A stretch of DNA of 64,000 nt, taken from positions 1 through 64,000 of IMG/VR virus record IMGVR_UViG_3300041583_000385; one strand, 5' to 3'. A program made the translations under genes and the position numbers. This DNA comes from a virus. The notes beneath the pieces were generated by a model, which searched no databases, was not told where the DNA came from, and saw only the letters and a program-made list of their open reading frames with translations. Below are positions 1 through 10,416 of this stretch, piece by piece. Numbering within the stretch: the first letter of the stretch is position 1; every line of letters starts with the position of its first letter.

Positions 1-155
1 AAATGATTTACATCAACTGACATAACATCACAACTTGTGTCATACCCCAAATCTTTATAATATAATAAATTCATATTATATCTTGTTTTAATAACGATAT
101 TTTCTACTATAAGCATATTTTATTATATGTTATATTATACAAAAGATATAATTAA

Positions 156-716
156 TTATATCTTTTGTATAATAGTTGGTAATGTACCAAGTTCGAGTAT
201 TTTACTTTTATTAAGTAAGAATTCAATATCATAAAAGTTATAGTTAAAGGTCATTGTGAACTCTTTAGCACTAACTTTTTGTTGTGAGTAATTGAAGTCA
301 TTATCGGATAATGACTTCAATATAATCTCATAGAATTTTATAACATATATAGCATCGCGATGTATATCAAGAGCTGTTATGGTGAATGGGTTCACCCAAG
401 AATTTTCAGTATCTAAATAATGCTTACTGATAATATCAAACATTAACCAATAATTCAAATCAGAATCAACCGATCTAAATGTTACTTGTAGTTCATGTGT
501 TGTTACTATATCTTGTATGTTTTTAGAAGGTTTAAAATGTCTTTCCTTACCTCTCATTACAATCTGTCTAGGCATATCAAATGATATACCAGGAAAGTTA
601 ACACTTTTCATAGTTGAATTTATATAATCAATAACATTTTCATATTGTATCCAATTCTTTTCTAGAATAGGACTATAAGTTTCAATTATTTCAGCAGGTA
701 AAATATCTGATGGCAA
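156..716 (-). CDS. T4-like tail tube/terminator-family protein (gp3/gp54-like)
   Basis: SVNFPG ... LQVTFRSVDSDLNY ... F...ILKSLSD.DF ... FTMTFNY pattern typical of the tail-tube fold; the frame stays open upstream (RLSSQSSQFIFNLP), so the true start is likely near 755. Confidence 0.55.
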   Translation of the reverse strand: MPSDILPAEIIETYSPILEKNWIQYENVIDYINSTMKSVNFPGISFDMPRQIVMRGKERHFKPSKNIQDIVTTHELQVTFRSVDSDLNYWLMFDIISKHYLDTENSWVNPFTITALDIHRDAIYVIKFYEIILKSLSDNDFNYSQQKVSAKEFTMTFNYNFYDIEFLLNKSKILELGTLPTIIQKI

Positions 717-762
717 ATTGAATATGAACTGGCTGGACTGACTGGATAAACGGATAAGGCAT

Positions 763-883
763 TTTAATATTTTTTATACTACACAAAGTGGTTGTTTTTT
801 CAATATTTCTTTAATTATATTAATCTCATCATATCGTATTCTGATCATTTTGATATAAATTCACCTCGTGTTAATTTTCTCAT
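763..883 (-). pseudogene. Internally deleted homing endonuclease remnant
   Basis: MRKLTRGEFISK* (typical HEG N-terminus) joined directly to IRIRYDEINIIKEILK (typical Vsr/DUF559-type C-terminus); TATATA upstream. Confidence 0.5.
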
Positions 884-931
884 ATAATATATATCAAATA
901 TAAGCTGTCACCTTTTGATACTTAATCTCAT

Positions 932-2872
932 TTATCTTCCTTTTTTTATATTCCCCAACTTAGCTTGTAAATCTTTTATTTGATTAGGCTTAATCCTTGG
1001 TGATTGCTCACTGATAGGTTTTCTAGTAACTATCGCTGTTTCTTTTGTAGAACTTGGATCTGGTATAATAGAAGGTTTCGAATTTTCTTTATCCGCTTGG
1101 TTATTAAGTTCATTAACATTACTCTTATCATCATATATCTTAAACAACCCTGTGTAAATAACTGATGTTGTTGATTGGTTAGTTCCGATTATGTAAAATA
1201 CATTAATACCTGATGTATATATCCTTTTTATTTCAGCAAATTTATTTTGAGTAACTTTGAAAGATATTTGTCCAATTTCTAAATTAATATCACCACTCTC
1301 TATATAAAGAGGGAAAGATATTTGGTTTTTATCATTTCTTATCGCTAATTTAATCTCACTAAACCCACTTAGGTTAAAATACTCTGGTTTTTCATTTGTA
1401 CCAGTAGCTATTGAGAATTTAACAATATTATCATAAGGATAAAGTAATATTTGAATTTTACCTAATCCAAAGAAATTCTTACTATCAAAAGTTGCATTTT
1501 CTGATTTACCAATGATATTAAATCTATCTATAAGTACTGGGAATGGTATATTGACTGTCTCAACAATAACATTACTTCCGTTTCCATTTGAATTACCATT
1601 AGTACCATCACTACCAAACCCACTCAATAAACCACCAGCCGTAGCAGGAGGAGGTGTTTGTGGTGTATTAATCTTATTATCAACTGTTATAACACCCATT
1701 GAATTAGCGACACCAACTAGTGATGGGTTAATTGCATTCTTTATGTTATAAATTTTTGGTTTATTTGCATTTTTTAAGTTAATCTTCATCAACTTCAATG
1801 AATATTTAGAAACTTCATCTTGTAACATACCATAACTAGCTCTTCTTATAATAGAAGAATCATCAACGGAGTCAATCAATCTCAACTCAACATCAATAAT
1901 TGCAGTTGTTGTTGAGTATTTAATTATAGGTCTATAATCTATTGTTTCATTAAAAGAATCTGTAACTGTGACCGTTGTAGTTTTACCTCTTATATTTTGC
2001 TCATACATCGTTATATTGTACTGTGCGTAATATCTATGTCCTTGTACTAAGGAATCATCTATAAACTTCTTAAAACCACCTATGGTATCATTGTAGGTAC
2101 CATATATCTCAAAGAAATCACCATTTATTGAATTTTCAATAACTAATCCTAATTTTTCAAATTCAGGTGATTGTGTTACCGTAGCTGTTATCTTTGGTTC
2201 TGTTAAATAAGTTGTTACAGCATTTATAGTTTGTATATTATTAACAAAATGAAAATCTATAAATATTGGAGTTGTTGAACTTAAACCAGATCCATTTGTC
2301 AAATTAGCGTTTATACTATTCTCCTTTGGTCTACTATCTTCTAATTGAGCAGCAAGTTCACTAAGAGCTGGTATTTCAATTGTTATATTCTTACCCCATA
2401 ACTTCTCTTGAAACAACAATGGTGGTGATGTAAAGTTCATCAAATATTGTTGACTAACATCAGTCATATCAAAGTAAAAGTTAGATAGATCGTAAGTTTT
2501 TTGATTTAACGAATCATAAGCATAAACTTTAACATAGAATCCCAAATATTCACCAAATGTCCAATTTATTGGTAAGTGAAATTTAAGAGTGTCATGTCTT
2601 ATTGGAGGTGCATCAGAATAATTTTTCGTTTGTAAAAACGTGTAGTAGTCTGGATTCACTTTACCATATCTACCTGATACAGCATCAATTCTGAATAATT
2701 GATTTCCTTCTGTATTAGAAGTACCACTTGTATCAGCGGCCATATATGCTTGTGTTTTATCCTTTGAGTTAACAAGTATATTATATGGTTCACTTATTAA
2801 GTTACCATCATTATATACATACTCTAAAAGAATATTTTTATCGAGCTTTAAAAACTTAGATATCTTTGACAT
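932..2872 (-). CDS. Hypothetical protein, probably virion structural
   Basis: 646 aa beta-rich ORF with Gly/Asn/Pro linker, next to the tail-tube-like gene, preceded by TATATA. Confidence 0.45.
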   Translation of the reverse strand: MSKISKFLKLDKNILLEYVYNDGNLISEPYNILVNSKDKTQAYMAADTSGTSNTEGNQLFRIDAVSGRYGKVNPDYYTFLQTKNYSDAPPIRHDTLKFHLPINWTFGEYLGFYVKVYAYDSLNQKTYDLSNFYFDMTDVSQQYLMNFTSPPLLFQEKLWGKNITIEIPALSELAAQLEDSRPKENSINANLTNGSGLSSTTPIFIDFHFVNNIQTINAVTTYLTEPKITATVTQSPEFEKLGLVIENSINGDFFEIYGTYNDTIGGFKKFIDDSLVQGHRYYAQYNITMYEQNIRGKTTTVTVTDSFNETIDYRPIIKYSTTTAIIDVELRLIDSVDDSSIIRRASYGMLQDEVSKYSLKLMKINLKNANKPKIYNIKNAINPSLVGVANSMGVITVDNKINTPQTPPPATAGGLLSGFGSDGTNGNSNGNGSNVIVETVNIPFPVLIDRFNIIGKSENATFDSKNFFGLGKIQILLYPYDNIVKFSIATGTNEKPEYFNLSGFSEIKLAIRNDKNQISFPLYIESGDINLEIGQISFKVTQNKFAEIKRIYTSGINVFYIIGTNQSTTSVIYTGLFKIYDDKSNVNELNNQADKENSKPSIIPDPSSTKETAIVTRKPISEQSPRIKPNQIKDLQAKLGNIKKGR

Positions 2873-2938
2873 TTAGTAATAAAAGATTTTGATTTATATA
2901 TTAAAAACAAAACATCCCATAAACAAAAAACCCTTCTG

Positions 2939-3352
2939 TTAGGAAAGGTTTTCTTTTAATAGTCTTTGTTTAACAGACTCGATGATTTCATCATCTGTTA
3001 AGTTATAATGTTTTTCTTTTATCAATCGATAGAGTTCTTGTTCTTCTAATGCTAGTTTTTCTATTTCTTTATTCAGTGGATCAACTAGACCTTCTAACCT
3101 CTTCCCCTCATTATCAACTTCTTCAAGTACTTTAAGCATTTTATTCATTGATCCCTCGGCGCTAAAATTAGAATTTTTATCCCTTTTACTATCCTCAGCC
3201 TCTTTTTGTATAGCTTCGACTTTCTTTATTGTTTCATCAAGTCTTTCTACCACTCCTTGTGCAGACTTCTTATAGAAATCCATACTATTTGACATTTTTA
3301 AATAAGTTCTTCTTATTCGAACTGCACTTTGTAAAAAATTCTCATCAATCAT
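2939..3352 (-). CDS. Hypothetical coiled-coil protein
   Basis: 137 aa helical ORF in an operon. Confidence 0.6.
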   Translation of the reverse strand: MIDENFLQSAVRIRRTYLKMSNSMDFYKKSAQGVVERLDETIKKVEAIQKEAEDSKRDKNSNFSAEGSMNKMLKVLEEVDNEGKRLEGLVDPLNKEIEKLALEEQELYRLIKEKHYNLTDDEIIESVKQRLLKENLS

Positions 3353-3356
3353 TATA

Positions 3357-4364
3357 TTAATTTATTTTTTCAAGTTCTTTGATTCTTTTAGAACCTGCTT
3401 CCTTTACACTTTTAGCTTTTTCACCTTTAAGTGCCTTTTCAACCAATTTAATTGATTCTAATTTAGAAATAGCATCAACTCTTTGTGATGCAGTTAATTT
3501 ACCCACAGATTGTGGATTTTCATCAACATTAATTTTCTCTTCGTTATTTCTCTCTTTCTTTTTAAGAGTTTCAAGAACTGGTTTGACATTAGGGGCTCCA
3601 TAAACTAATTGTTTAATTTTATCTGTTATTGTATCCTTAATTATTTCTGGATTTTGTAAAATCTTATTTGTGAATTCTTCTGCTAGAAATTCAATTAAAC
3701 TTGTTTCGTATGAATCTTCCATCATTTCGATAAAATCTAATCTTGGTATTTTATCAGAAATCTCAATGTTTATATCAAATTTAACATTTCGTTTAACACC
3801 TTTGAACATTGTTATTATTGGATCTTCAACCGCAATCCTTTGAACTGGTGGTTGAACTATTTCCCTATTAACCTCAACTCTTTGTACGTTATCAACTTCA
3901 ATAACCGATTTTGATTTAACTGGTGCTTTTGGTAATTCTTCATCATCACCTAATATTTTGGCGAAAGCTTGATTTTGCTTAGATACTTGGTCTGTTTCCT
4001 CAGGAAACCCATATTTCTTCAATAATTCTGCTCTTTCATCCTCTTCTGTTGTCATAATAACAGCACTCTCATCAGTAGATGGTCTTATACCATTATCATC
4101 TACCTTCATAGATACTACTCCATCCTCATCTACCATTTCGTTAGTTGAAATATTTTTTATCTTATCAGCAAGTGAATTATAAGAACCTTGGTTATTAAAA
4201 AATGAAGCCGGGTCTATTTGTTCTGTGTATTTACTAGAATCCATAAGTAATGTAACATCTATTTTTTGTTTATTTTCCAAAATAGCAATATTCTCGAATG
4301 AATCAATAACTTTGACTTCTTCACCTGTTGAATTATTTCGGAAAGTTTTATTTGCTAAACTCAT
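3357..4364 (-). CDS. Hypothetical protein
   Basis: 335 aa ORF. Confidence 0.65.
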   Translation of the reverse strand: MSLANKTFRNNSTGEEVKVIDSFENIAILENKQKIDVTLLMDSSKYTEQIDPASFFNNQGSYNSLADKIKNISTNEMVDEDGVVSMKVDDNGIRPSTDESAVIMTTEEDERAELLKKYGFPEETDQVSKQNQAFAKILGDDEELPKAPVKSKSVIEVDNVQRVEVNREIVQPPVQRIAVEDPIITMFKGVKRNVKFDINIEISDKIPRLDFIEMMEDSYETSLIEFLAEEFTNKILQNPEIIKDTITDKIKQLVYGAPNVKPVLETLKKKERNNEEKINVDENPQSVGKLTASQRVDAISKLESIKLVEKALKGEKAKSVKEAGSKRIKELEKIN

Positions 4365-4425
4365 AATTTATTTATTATATTTTATCCTTCCTTTTATATT
4401 AAAAAACGAAAAATAGTTTAATAAA

Positions 4426-4459
4426 AAAATCCCATATTAAGAATAATATGGGATTTCTT
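4426..4459. terminator. Intrinsic terminator hairpin
   Basis: aaatcccatatt-aagaat-aatatgggattt with A/T tracts, downstream of the SSB gene. Confidence 0.7.
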
Positions 4460-4475
4460 ATTAAATCACTATTGA

Positions 4476-5432
4476 TTAAAGGTCTGAGAAGAAATCATCT
4501 TCATCTTCCGAAACAGATGATGTTTCAGATACTTTTGAATCACTCTCCATAGAGAAATCATCTGATGATGGTGAAGATTCTTTACTTTCAAAACTACCAG
4601 AAGATTTACCAGTTAAGAAATTAGAAATTTCTGTAATCTTAGCGTGTTGCTCATCTGTTAAAGGTTTAGGAGCAAAATCTTCAAGGTTATGATCTCTATC
4701 CATTAAGAAATCTTTAATCTTACCTTGAACCTTAGGGTCAATTTTACCTTCTTCTGTAAGTGGAGCGTTTTTGAATTCACCCCGCTCTTTGAAGTAGATA
4801 GGTAATGATGTAGTTTCTGGTCTGAACATACTCATCTTGTAATCAGGATAAGTTTCATCACCAGTTTGGATTTCTTTTACTACAAGAACAAAATCTTTCC
4901 CTTCTGATAAATCAAAAACATTACATTGAACTCCAGAGATTTCTCCATTTCGTTCTGCTGAAATTTTATCCTTGATAGTTTTACCATACTGCCAAATCAT
5001 TATCTTACCAACTAATTCTGGTTGTTGTTCATCTTCAAGAACAAGAACATAAGAATAATACTTCTTAGAATAGTTTAACATTCTTGATTTTTCCATCAAA
5101 ATTGCGTTCTTTGAGTTTTGCATTGTGTAATACAAATCTGTTAAAGGACACTTTTCTCCAAAGTTTTTTGGTGAGTCGAACCAACCACCCAATTCTCTTG
5201 GATTTTGAATTCTTACATAGTGTGCGATTTTCTCAATCGCTGATTGACCTACTTTACCATCTTGTGTTAAGTTAGGAAGGAATCTTACTACGGATCTCCA
5301 TCCTTTCTTTTTATCTTTCGCTTTTGAAAGATCAACACGATAAATACCGTCATCGTTTGTTGTTTTTACCTCATTTAAGAAGTCCATTTTGCTGTCTAAC
5401 CCACCGTTAAACAAATCATCTAATTCTGCCAT
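4476..5432 (-). CDS. T4 gp32-like single-stranded DNA-binding protein
   Basis: VVRFLP, CPL, KYYSYVLVLED...VGKIMIWQYGKTIKDKI, FDLSEGKDF, acidic tail EDEDDFFSDL. Confidence 0.85.
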   Translation of the reverse strand: MAELDDLFNGGLDSKMDFLNEVKTTNDDGIYRVDLSKAKDKKKGWRSVVRFLPNLTQDGKVGQSAIEKIAHYVRIQNPRELGGWFDSPKNFGEKCPLTDLYYTMQNSKNAILMEKSRMLNYSKKYYSYVLVLEDEQQPELVGKIMIWQYGKTIKDKISAERNGEISGVQCNVFDLSEGKDFVLVVKEIQTGDETYPDYKMSMFRPETTSLPIYFKERGEFKNAPLTEEGKIDPKVQGKIKDFLMDRDHNLEDFAPKPLTDEQHAKITEISNFLTGKSSGSFESKESSPSSDDFSMESDSKVSETSSVSEDEDDFFSDL

Positions 5433-5584
5433 AATTGCTTTTTATTTTTAATTATTATGTTATTCGAACCTTTGTTAGTCCGATAAATGTTATATCAATT
5501 GATGTTGATAAAGTTTAGTAAAAAAATAGGTTATTTTAAATTATTTTCGTATCTTATAAGAATTTTTTCAGAAGTACTGAATTC

Positions 5585-6149
5585 TTATTGTTTGTACTGG
5601 TTCCATAGAAACTTGAAGACTTTATTTCTCCTGATTTCATACCCCTTCCTAAGTTGATTTATTAAACTCTTGTATTCTATATCATCACACTTACAAAGTT
5701 TCAATTCAGCCATATATAAAGTTACAATATCACCATTATCTTCATCAACAAAGTCTTCTGTTTCTAAATACTTTATCATAAAGTTTAGTATTGATATTTT
5801 TTAAATTATCATCACCATCAATAGATATAAATTCTGGAATATCCCAATGTTTTAACTTAGTAACTGGTTTGAAAAATTCTGACCATTTTGATTTAGCCAA
5901 TGAGATAGCTTCTTTGTTTAACCAATCACTTTCATCTATATGATTTATCAACTCTTATTCAACAGCTTTATTTATATCACTTGCTGGGAAAAACACATAA
6001 CCTGATTGTTGTATTTCAACATTGATATAATCACCAACAGTATCAGAGAAATCATAGAAATAATCCACTATATCTTCCTTTTTTGGGAATTCACTTTTAC
6101 TGATAATATTCAATGATTCGAACATTTTATATTTCTTCAAATATCTCAT
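5585..6149 (-). pseudogene. Disrupted internal-head-like protein (CTS-like N-terminus)
   Basis: MRYLKKYKMFES start; in-frame TAA near 5955 and a frameshift near 5770 split one ORF into three pieces. Confidence 0.55.
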
Positions 6150-6201
6150 AATCCTATTCCAATTTTCATTATTTTATCATCTTCTTTTATACTTATGTGT
6201 T

Positions 6202-7050
6202 TCAAAATTTCAATAATATTTTTAATGTGTAATCTTGTATATCTGTATCATCATCAAATTGCCTATCCTCTCTACTCATATCAAAAATAACATCACTATA
6301 TTCAATTGTTGGTAATATTGTTGGTAATACGTCATCTAAACTAGACTCTAGTTTCTTTAGGTTCATTACACCAGTTTTATATGAATCTCTATGTCTACCA
6401 ATATCAATATAGATAGATGGGATATACATATTTAATATATTTTCGGGACTGTAATTACTTAATTTCTCTAATTCATATTTCTTCTTTTTCAAAAATTCAA
6501 CATCACTAGATATAGAATAATCCATTATGTTAAAATTAACACATTGATATTTTTTATCAGTTACATATTCTTCTGCTTCATCTTGTCTTATATAAGATTC
6601 GTCTTTCCATCCACCAATTTTAAATGTTGGTGATAAAATTGATCTTATTATTTCCCTCATTATCCAATAAAATCTATCATCATCTAAGTTAGAAACTGGC
6701 ATTGTACCACTATACCTTCTTTTTACCGGCTCATCTTTTTTATAATAATCTCCATAAGTTATAGCAGTTGTGACAAATTTATCTTTACTACTTGGTATTT
6801 CATCCCATATATCATAAAGTCTATCATTAACATTATCAATGTCAACTTTTTTCATTGAATCCCAGGCTTTGGATAGATGTGATTTTATAATATCATACCA
6901 ATTATCACCAATAAAATGGTTTACCCATTTCTTGATATCAGATTCACTAATCTTATTATTTTTCATGTTTTGATAATGTAAATCATTATAAAAGTCAAAG
7001 ATGCTATATCTACTATTTGATTCTAAGAATAGTTTGTAATTTTTTATCAT
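6202..7050 (-). CDS. Hypothetical protein with CTS-like N-terminus
   Basis: MIKNYKLFLES start. Confidence 0.65.
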   Translation of the reverse strand: MIKNYKLFLESNSRYSIFDFYNDLHYQNMKNNKISESDIKKWVNHFIGDNWYDIIKSHLSKAWDSMKKVDIDNVNDRLYDIWDEIPSSKDKFVTTAITYGDYYKKDEPVKRRYSGTMPVSNLDDDRFYWIMREIIRSILSPTFKIGGWKDESYIRQDEAEEYVTDKKYQCVNFNIMDYSISSDVEFLKKKKYELEKLSNYSPENILNMYIPSIYIDIGRHRDSYKTGVMNLKKLESSLDDVLPTILPTIEYSDVIFDMSREDRQFDDDTDIQDYTLKILLKF

Positions 7051-7175
7051 CTAATAACTTTAATTCTTTCTGTTTGGTATTTCATAATATCAACATCTTG
7101 GTGTTCTGTTAGTAAATCAATCATTCCTTGATACATCTCTATTGTTATTTTACAATCAGTCACAGGAGTTTTCAT
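7047..7175 (-). pseudogene. 42-aa ORF, possibly an internally deleted gene
   Basis: MKTPVTDCKITIEMYQGMIDLL...; TATATA upstream; overlaps next start (ATGA). Confidence 0.35.
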
Positions 7176-7214
7176 ACTCTATATATAAAAACCCACTTCT
7201 CCTGTTATGTCATT

Positions 7215-7463
7215 TTAATAATCATCATTAAGATAATCATCCTTATCAATATCATCTTCTCTCTCGTTATATACTATAACGTCATTAGCATCTAAAAGCT
7301 TTAATAATTTATCTAATTCATCATCAGATAAATCCAAATCTTCTATTTCTAATATATCCTCATCTATATCATAATATAGTTTCCCAGCAAGTTTAAGTAA
7401 TTCTAATCTACCTATTACTCTTTCTCTATCTATACATTCATCTAAACTATAAAGTAATTCCAT
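7215..7463 (-). CDS. Acidic hypothetical protein
   Basis: 82 aa, very Asp-rich. Confidence 0.55.
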   Translation of the reverse strand: MELLYSLDECIDRERVIGRLELLKLAGKLYYDIDEDILEIEDLDLSDDELDKLLKLLDANDVIVYNEREDDIDKDDYLNDDY

Positions 7464-7464
7464 C

Positions 7465-8208
7465 TTATTTATTTTTCAATTTTTTAGCTATTTCTGTCTC
7501 TGACAGTCGAGGCAGTTCCTCTTCAATTGGATATTTAGTAACTATCCAAAATTTCTCACCATCATCCATATAGGTTACATCTATGTAGTGACCATCACAC
7601 TTTACTTTCAAGTATGAATCACTTATTGACACAGGAATAATCTCTGATTTTGGATCTAGTTGGAAATTTTCTATTCTTCTTACAAAATTCCAATTATCAC
7701 TCTTATAAAACTCCTGCTTCAAAAGTTTCAGAAATTTACCCTCTTTTTTTACTACTTCGTTTTTTCTAACACCAAAGACATCTTTATGATTAAATCCTAA
7801 TGTTATGTGGAAGTCATGTTCTTTTAAACCATATCTATTTCTAATTGCATCAAGTTTATCACTTTGAGCAACAATAAAATAAGCCCTATTGTAATTTCTT
7901 TCAGCCGTACCAACACCCATCAATCTCAAATCATCAATCTCAAATTTGAAAATAGCATCAAGTGATGATACAAATTTATCCATACCCGCTTCTTTAGCAA
8001 GCTTATTATAATCCATTACGTTAATAACGGTCATGTGGTATGAACCACCATCTCTTTTTTGTTGATTGTTAGTAAAGTCTTCGAAATCTTTCTCGCCAAT
8101 AATTTCCTTTAATTGGTTTAAGTATGGTTCTATTGTTCCTTTATCGAATTTGACTGCCAGGTAGTTATTACCTATTGAATCCCGGGTGTAAGTAGTATAA
8201 TATATCAT
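7465..8208 (-). CDS. 2H phosphoesterase (RNA-repair type 2',3'-cyclic phosphodiesterase-like)
   Basis: Two HxT motifs (YHMTV, FHITLG) about 75 aa apart; near the CCA-adding enzyme. Confidence 0.8.
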   Translation of the reverse strand: MIYYTTYTRDSIGNNYLAVKFDKGTIEPYLNQLKEIIGEKDFEDFTNNQQKRDGGSYHMTVINVMDYNKLAKEAGMDKFVSSLDAIFKFEIDDLRLMGVGTAERNYNRAYFIVAQSDKLDAIRNRYGLKEHDFHITLGFNHKDVFGVRKNEVVKKEGKFLKLLKQEFYKSDNWNFVRRIENFQLDPKSEIIPVSISDSYLKVKCDGHYIDVTYMDDGEKFWIVTKYPIEEELPRLSETEIAKKLKNK

Positions 8209-8298
8209 AGTCTTATATATCAAGTAAATATACATAATTATTTAAATAAATATACAAAAATATACAAAAATGATTATTTTAATATTATATATATATTT

Positions 8299-8448
8299 AT
8301 GAAAGCAAAAGAAGTAATGGAAAAATACAACATCACAAGAAATACTCTTAGTAATTGGGTAAAAAGGGGTTGGATAAAAGTGTATATTTTACCATCAGGT
8401 AGATATATCTATATTGATAAAAAAGAAAATGATAATGAAAAGGTGTAA
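8299..8448 (+). CDS. Small MerR/IS607-type helix-turn-helix protein
   Basis: MKAKEVMEKYNITRNTLSNWVKRGWIK...LPSGRYIY; not in the ORF track. Confidence 0.55.
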   Translation: MKAKEVMEKYNITRNTLSNWVKRGWIKVYILPSGRYIYIDKKENDNEKV

Positions 8449-8719
8449 TAGGTGTGATGTATATAAAGATAATAACTCATTCCCAACTAGAGGATCAGTT
8501 TGTAAATTATGTAAGTCAGAATATAATAAAAAGTATAGATTGGAAAATAAAGAAAAATTAAAAAATTATATTGATGAATATTCTCTATTATATAGATTGG
8601 AAAATAAGGAAAAATTAAATGAGAAGTCTAAAAAATATAATATTGAAAATAAGGAAATAGTATTACCATCTACTTTGTTTATATTACTTAATGATTCCGT
8701 GAATTTTCTCATATTATGA
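8435..8719 (+). pseudogene. Truncated HNH homing endonuclease (N-terminal part only)
   Basis: CxxC...CKxC plus YRLENKEK repeats, as in the 39876 gene; no nuclease domain. Confidence 0.55.
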
Positions 8720-9913
8720 CTTAAATTTTTCTATCTCTAACCTTTTAATCTCTTTACCTAATTCAGCACCTTTAAACCCTTTATCCATTAACTCCTTAGA
8801 TGAAATAGATGGTTTGTAATCAACGAACTTAATAGTATCCTCATCTTCTACACCATTAACATCTAACCATTCTAATAGAGTGGAATCTATAATAGCACAT
8901 TGTTGTCTCTTTTTATAAGTATCCAATACCAAATCTGGTTTAAATGATAAAAGTGATATTAAGAATACAATCTTGGTTGATAATTTACCAATATACCCAG
9001 TTCCTTCTGATGAATCTGGTATTTTATAATCTTGTATCAATCTATTTGTTAAACCATCTAGTGATTCATTTTTAAATAAGTTAGCCAAAACAACAGTCAA
9101 ATCTTTACTCTCAACTAAATTAGTATTAATGTTAGCACCTGGGAAAACTTCATCCCACATATCATACTTAGTAAAGAAGTTTAAGTAGTAGTTGAAATCC
9201 TTTGCTTGTTTCCAAGCTTTCAACATTTCTTCCCAAACTCTTTCTTGTGAAATTCTTTTCATTTCACCGGTATCTGGATCAATATTTTCTAGTTGTTTTC
9301 TTTTCTTAATTGCTTTCTCTGTATCAATATGCAATGGGTGTTCGTACCTAGAAGCAAATCTAAATGCTCTAAGAATTCTAAGTGAATCTTCTTCAAACCT
9401 CTCAATTGGATCACCAACCATTCTAGTAATACCAGATTCTAAATCCTTTCTACCACCAGTTAAATCAATAATTTCTCTCTTATCTAAATCATAGAATAAT
9501 GCGTTATAAGTTATATCTCTACGCTTAACATCATCCTCAATAGTAACACCAAGTTTAACCTCAGGATTTCTACCTTTACTAATATCTTCTCTAAATGTAG
9601 CAACTTCCATTCCTTCCGGAATCTCTTTAGTGTAAATTACAACAACACCAAATGCCTTACCTTGTAAGTTAGTTCTATATTTACCTTCAACAATTTCTAA
9701 CACTTCATCAGGAAGAGCATCTGTTGCTAAATCAAAATCTTTTGGTGTATCATTTGTTAAGAAATCACGCACTGATCCACCAACAAGGTATAGTTTCTTA
9801 CCACTTGCTTGAAAAAGTTTATGTAATTCTTTAACTGAATCTGGAATTATTTCCCACATATCTTGTTCTGTTTTAGTTGATTCTAAAAATTTTATGTATT
9901 TTTTAATTATCAT
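8714..9913 (-). CDS. cca: CCA-adding tRNA nucleotidyltransferase
   Basis: LVGGSVRD, DFDLATD, EVATFR, DVKRRDITYNAL, RFEEDSLRILRAFRF, ISQERV; N-terminus MIIKKYIKFLES. Confidence 0.9.
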   Translation of the reverse strand: MIIKKYIKFLESTKTEQDMWEIIPDSVKELHKLFQASGKKLYLVGGSVRDFLTNDTPKDFDLATDALPDEVLEIVEGKYRTNLQGKAFGVVVIYTKEIPEGMEVATFREDISKGRNPEVKLGVTIEDDVKRRDITYNALFYDLDKREIIDLTGGRKDLESGITRMVGDPIERFEEDSLRILRAFRFASRYEHPLHIDTEKAIKKRKQLENIDPDTGEMKRISQERVWEEMLKAWKQAKDFNYYLNFFTKYDMWDEVFPGANINTNLVESKDLTVVLANLFKNESLDGLTNRLIQDYKIPDSSEGTGYIGKLSTKIVFLISLLSFKPDLVLDTYKKRQQCAIIDSTLLEWLDVNGVEDEDTIKFVDYKPSISSKELMDKGFKGAELGKEIKRLEIEKFKS

Positions 9914-9916
9914 TTA

Positions 9917-9924
9917 CAAATATA
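9917..9924 (-). promoter_or_regulatory. Bacteroidetes-type -7 promoter element TATATTTG (representative)
   Basis: Same motif a few nt upstream of starts at 12934, 16179, 23639, 25975, 27442, 30026, 43518, 57939 (-) and 35177 (+); variants at 17727 and 62785; matches TAnnTTTG. Confidence 0.7.
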
Positions 9925-9949
9925 AGGTTTAATCTTTAAATAATCTATT

Positions 9950-10076
9950 AACATTAGTTCTACTTATAGATTTTATAAATGAGAACCTAAGTTAAGACTA
10001 ATATCACCCATCCAATATGTACCATCATCCGACTTACCCTAGAAGCATCAAAATCTCTTTAAGTATTTCATTAACA
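9950..10076 (-). pseudogene. Remnant of a CTS-type gene
   Basis: MLMKYLKRF followed by a stop and scrambled frames. Confidence 0.35.
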
Positions 10077-10104
10077 TTATATATTATTTTTTATATATAG
10101 AAAC

Positions 10105-10359
10105 ATGAGATACATTAAATTATTTGAAGATTTTAAACAAAATAACGAAGAGGGATCATTGATAACATTGGATGATATTATCAATTGTATAAAGGGTGAG
10201 GGTATTGTTTACGCAACAGCTATTAAAGATTTACCAGGTATAGATGAAGAAGAACCACTTAGACCAGTTAGTGTTGATGATGATGGTTTAGTTACAATAG
10301 AGTATGATGGTAGCGAATATGAAATTGATCTACGTAATATAAAGAAGATTGAATTCTAA
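10105..10359 (+). CDS. Small protein with CTS-like N-terminus
   Basis: MRYIKLFEDF; TATATA upstream. Confidence 0.65.
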   Translation: MRYIKLFEDFKQNNEEGSLITLDDIINCIKGEGIVYATAIKDLPGIDEEEPLRPVSVDDDGLVTIEYDGSEYEIDLRNIKKIEF

Positions 10360-10416
10360 CTTTAAATAAGTGGTCTAGGGGGTACGATATATTTTATATA
10401 TAAAAATAAAAAATAT

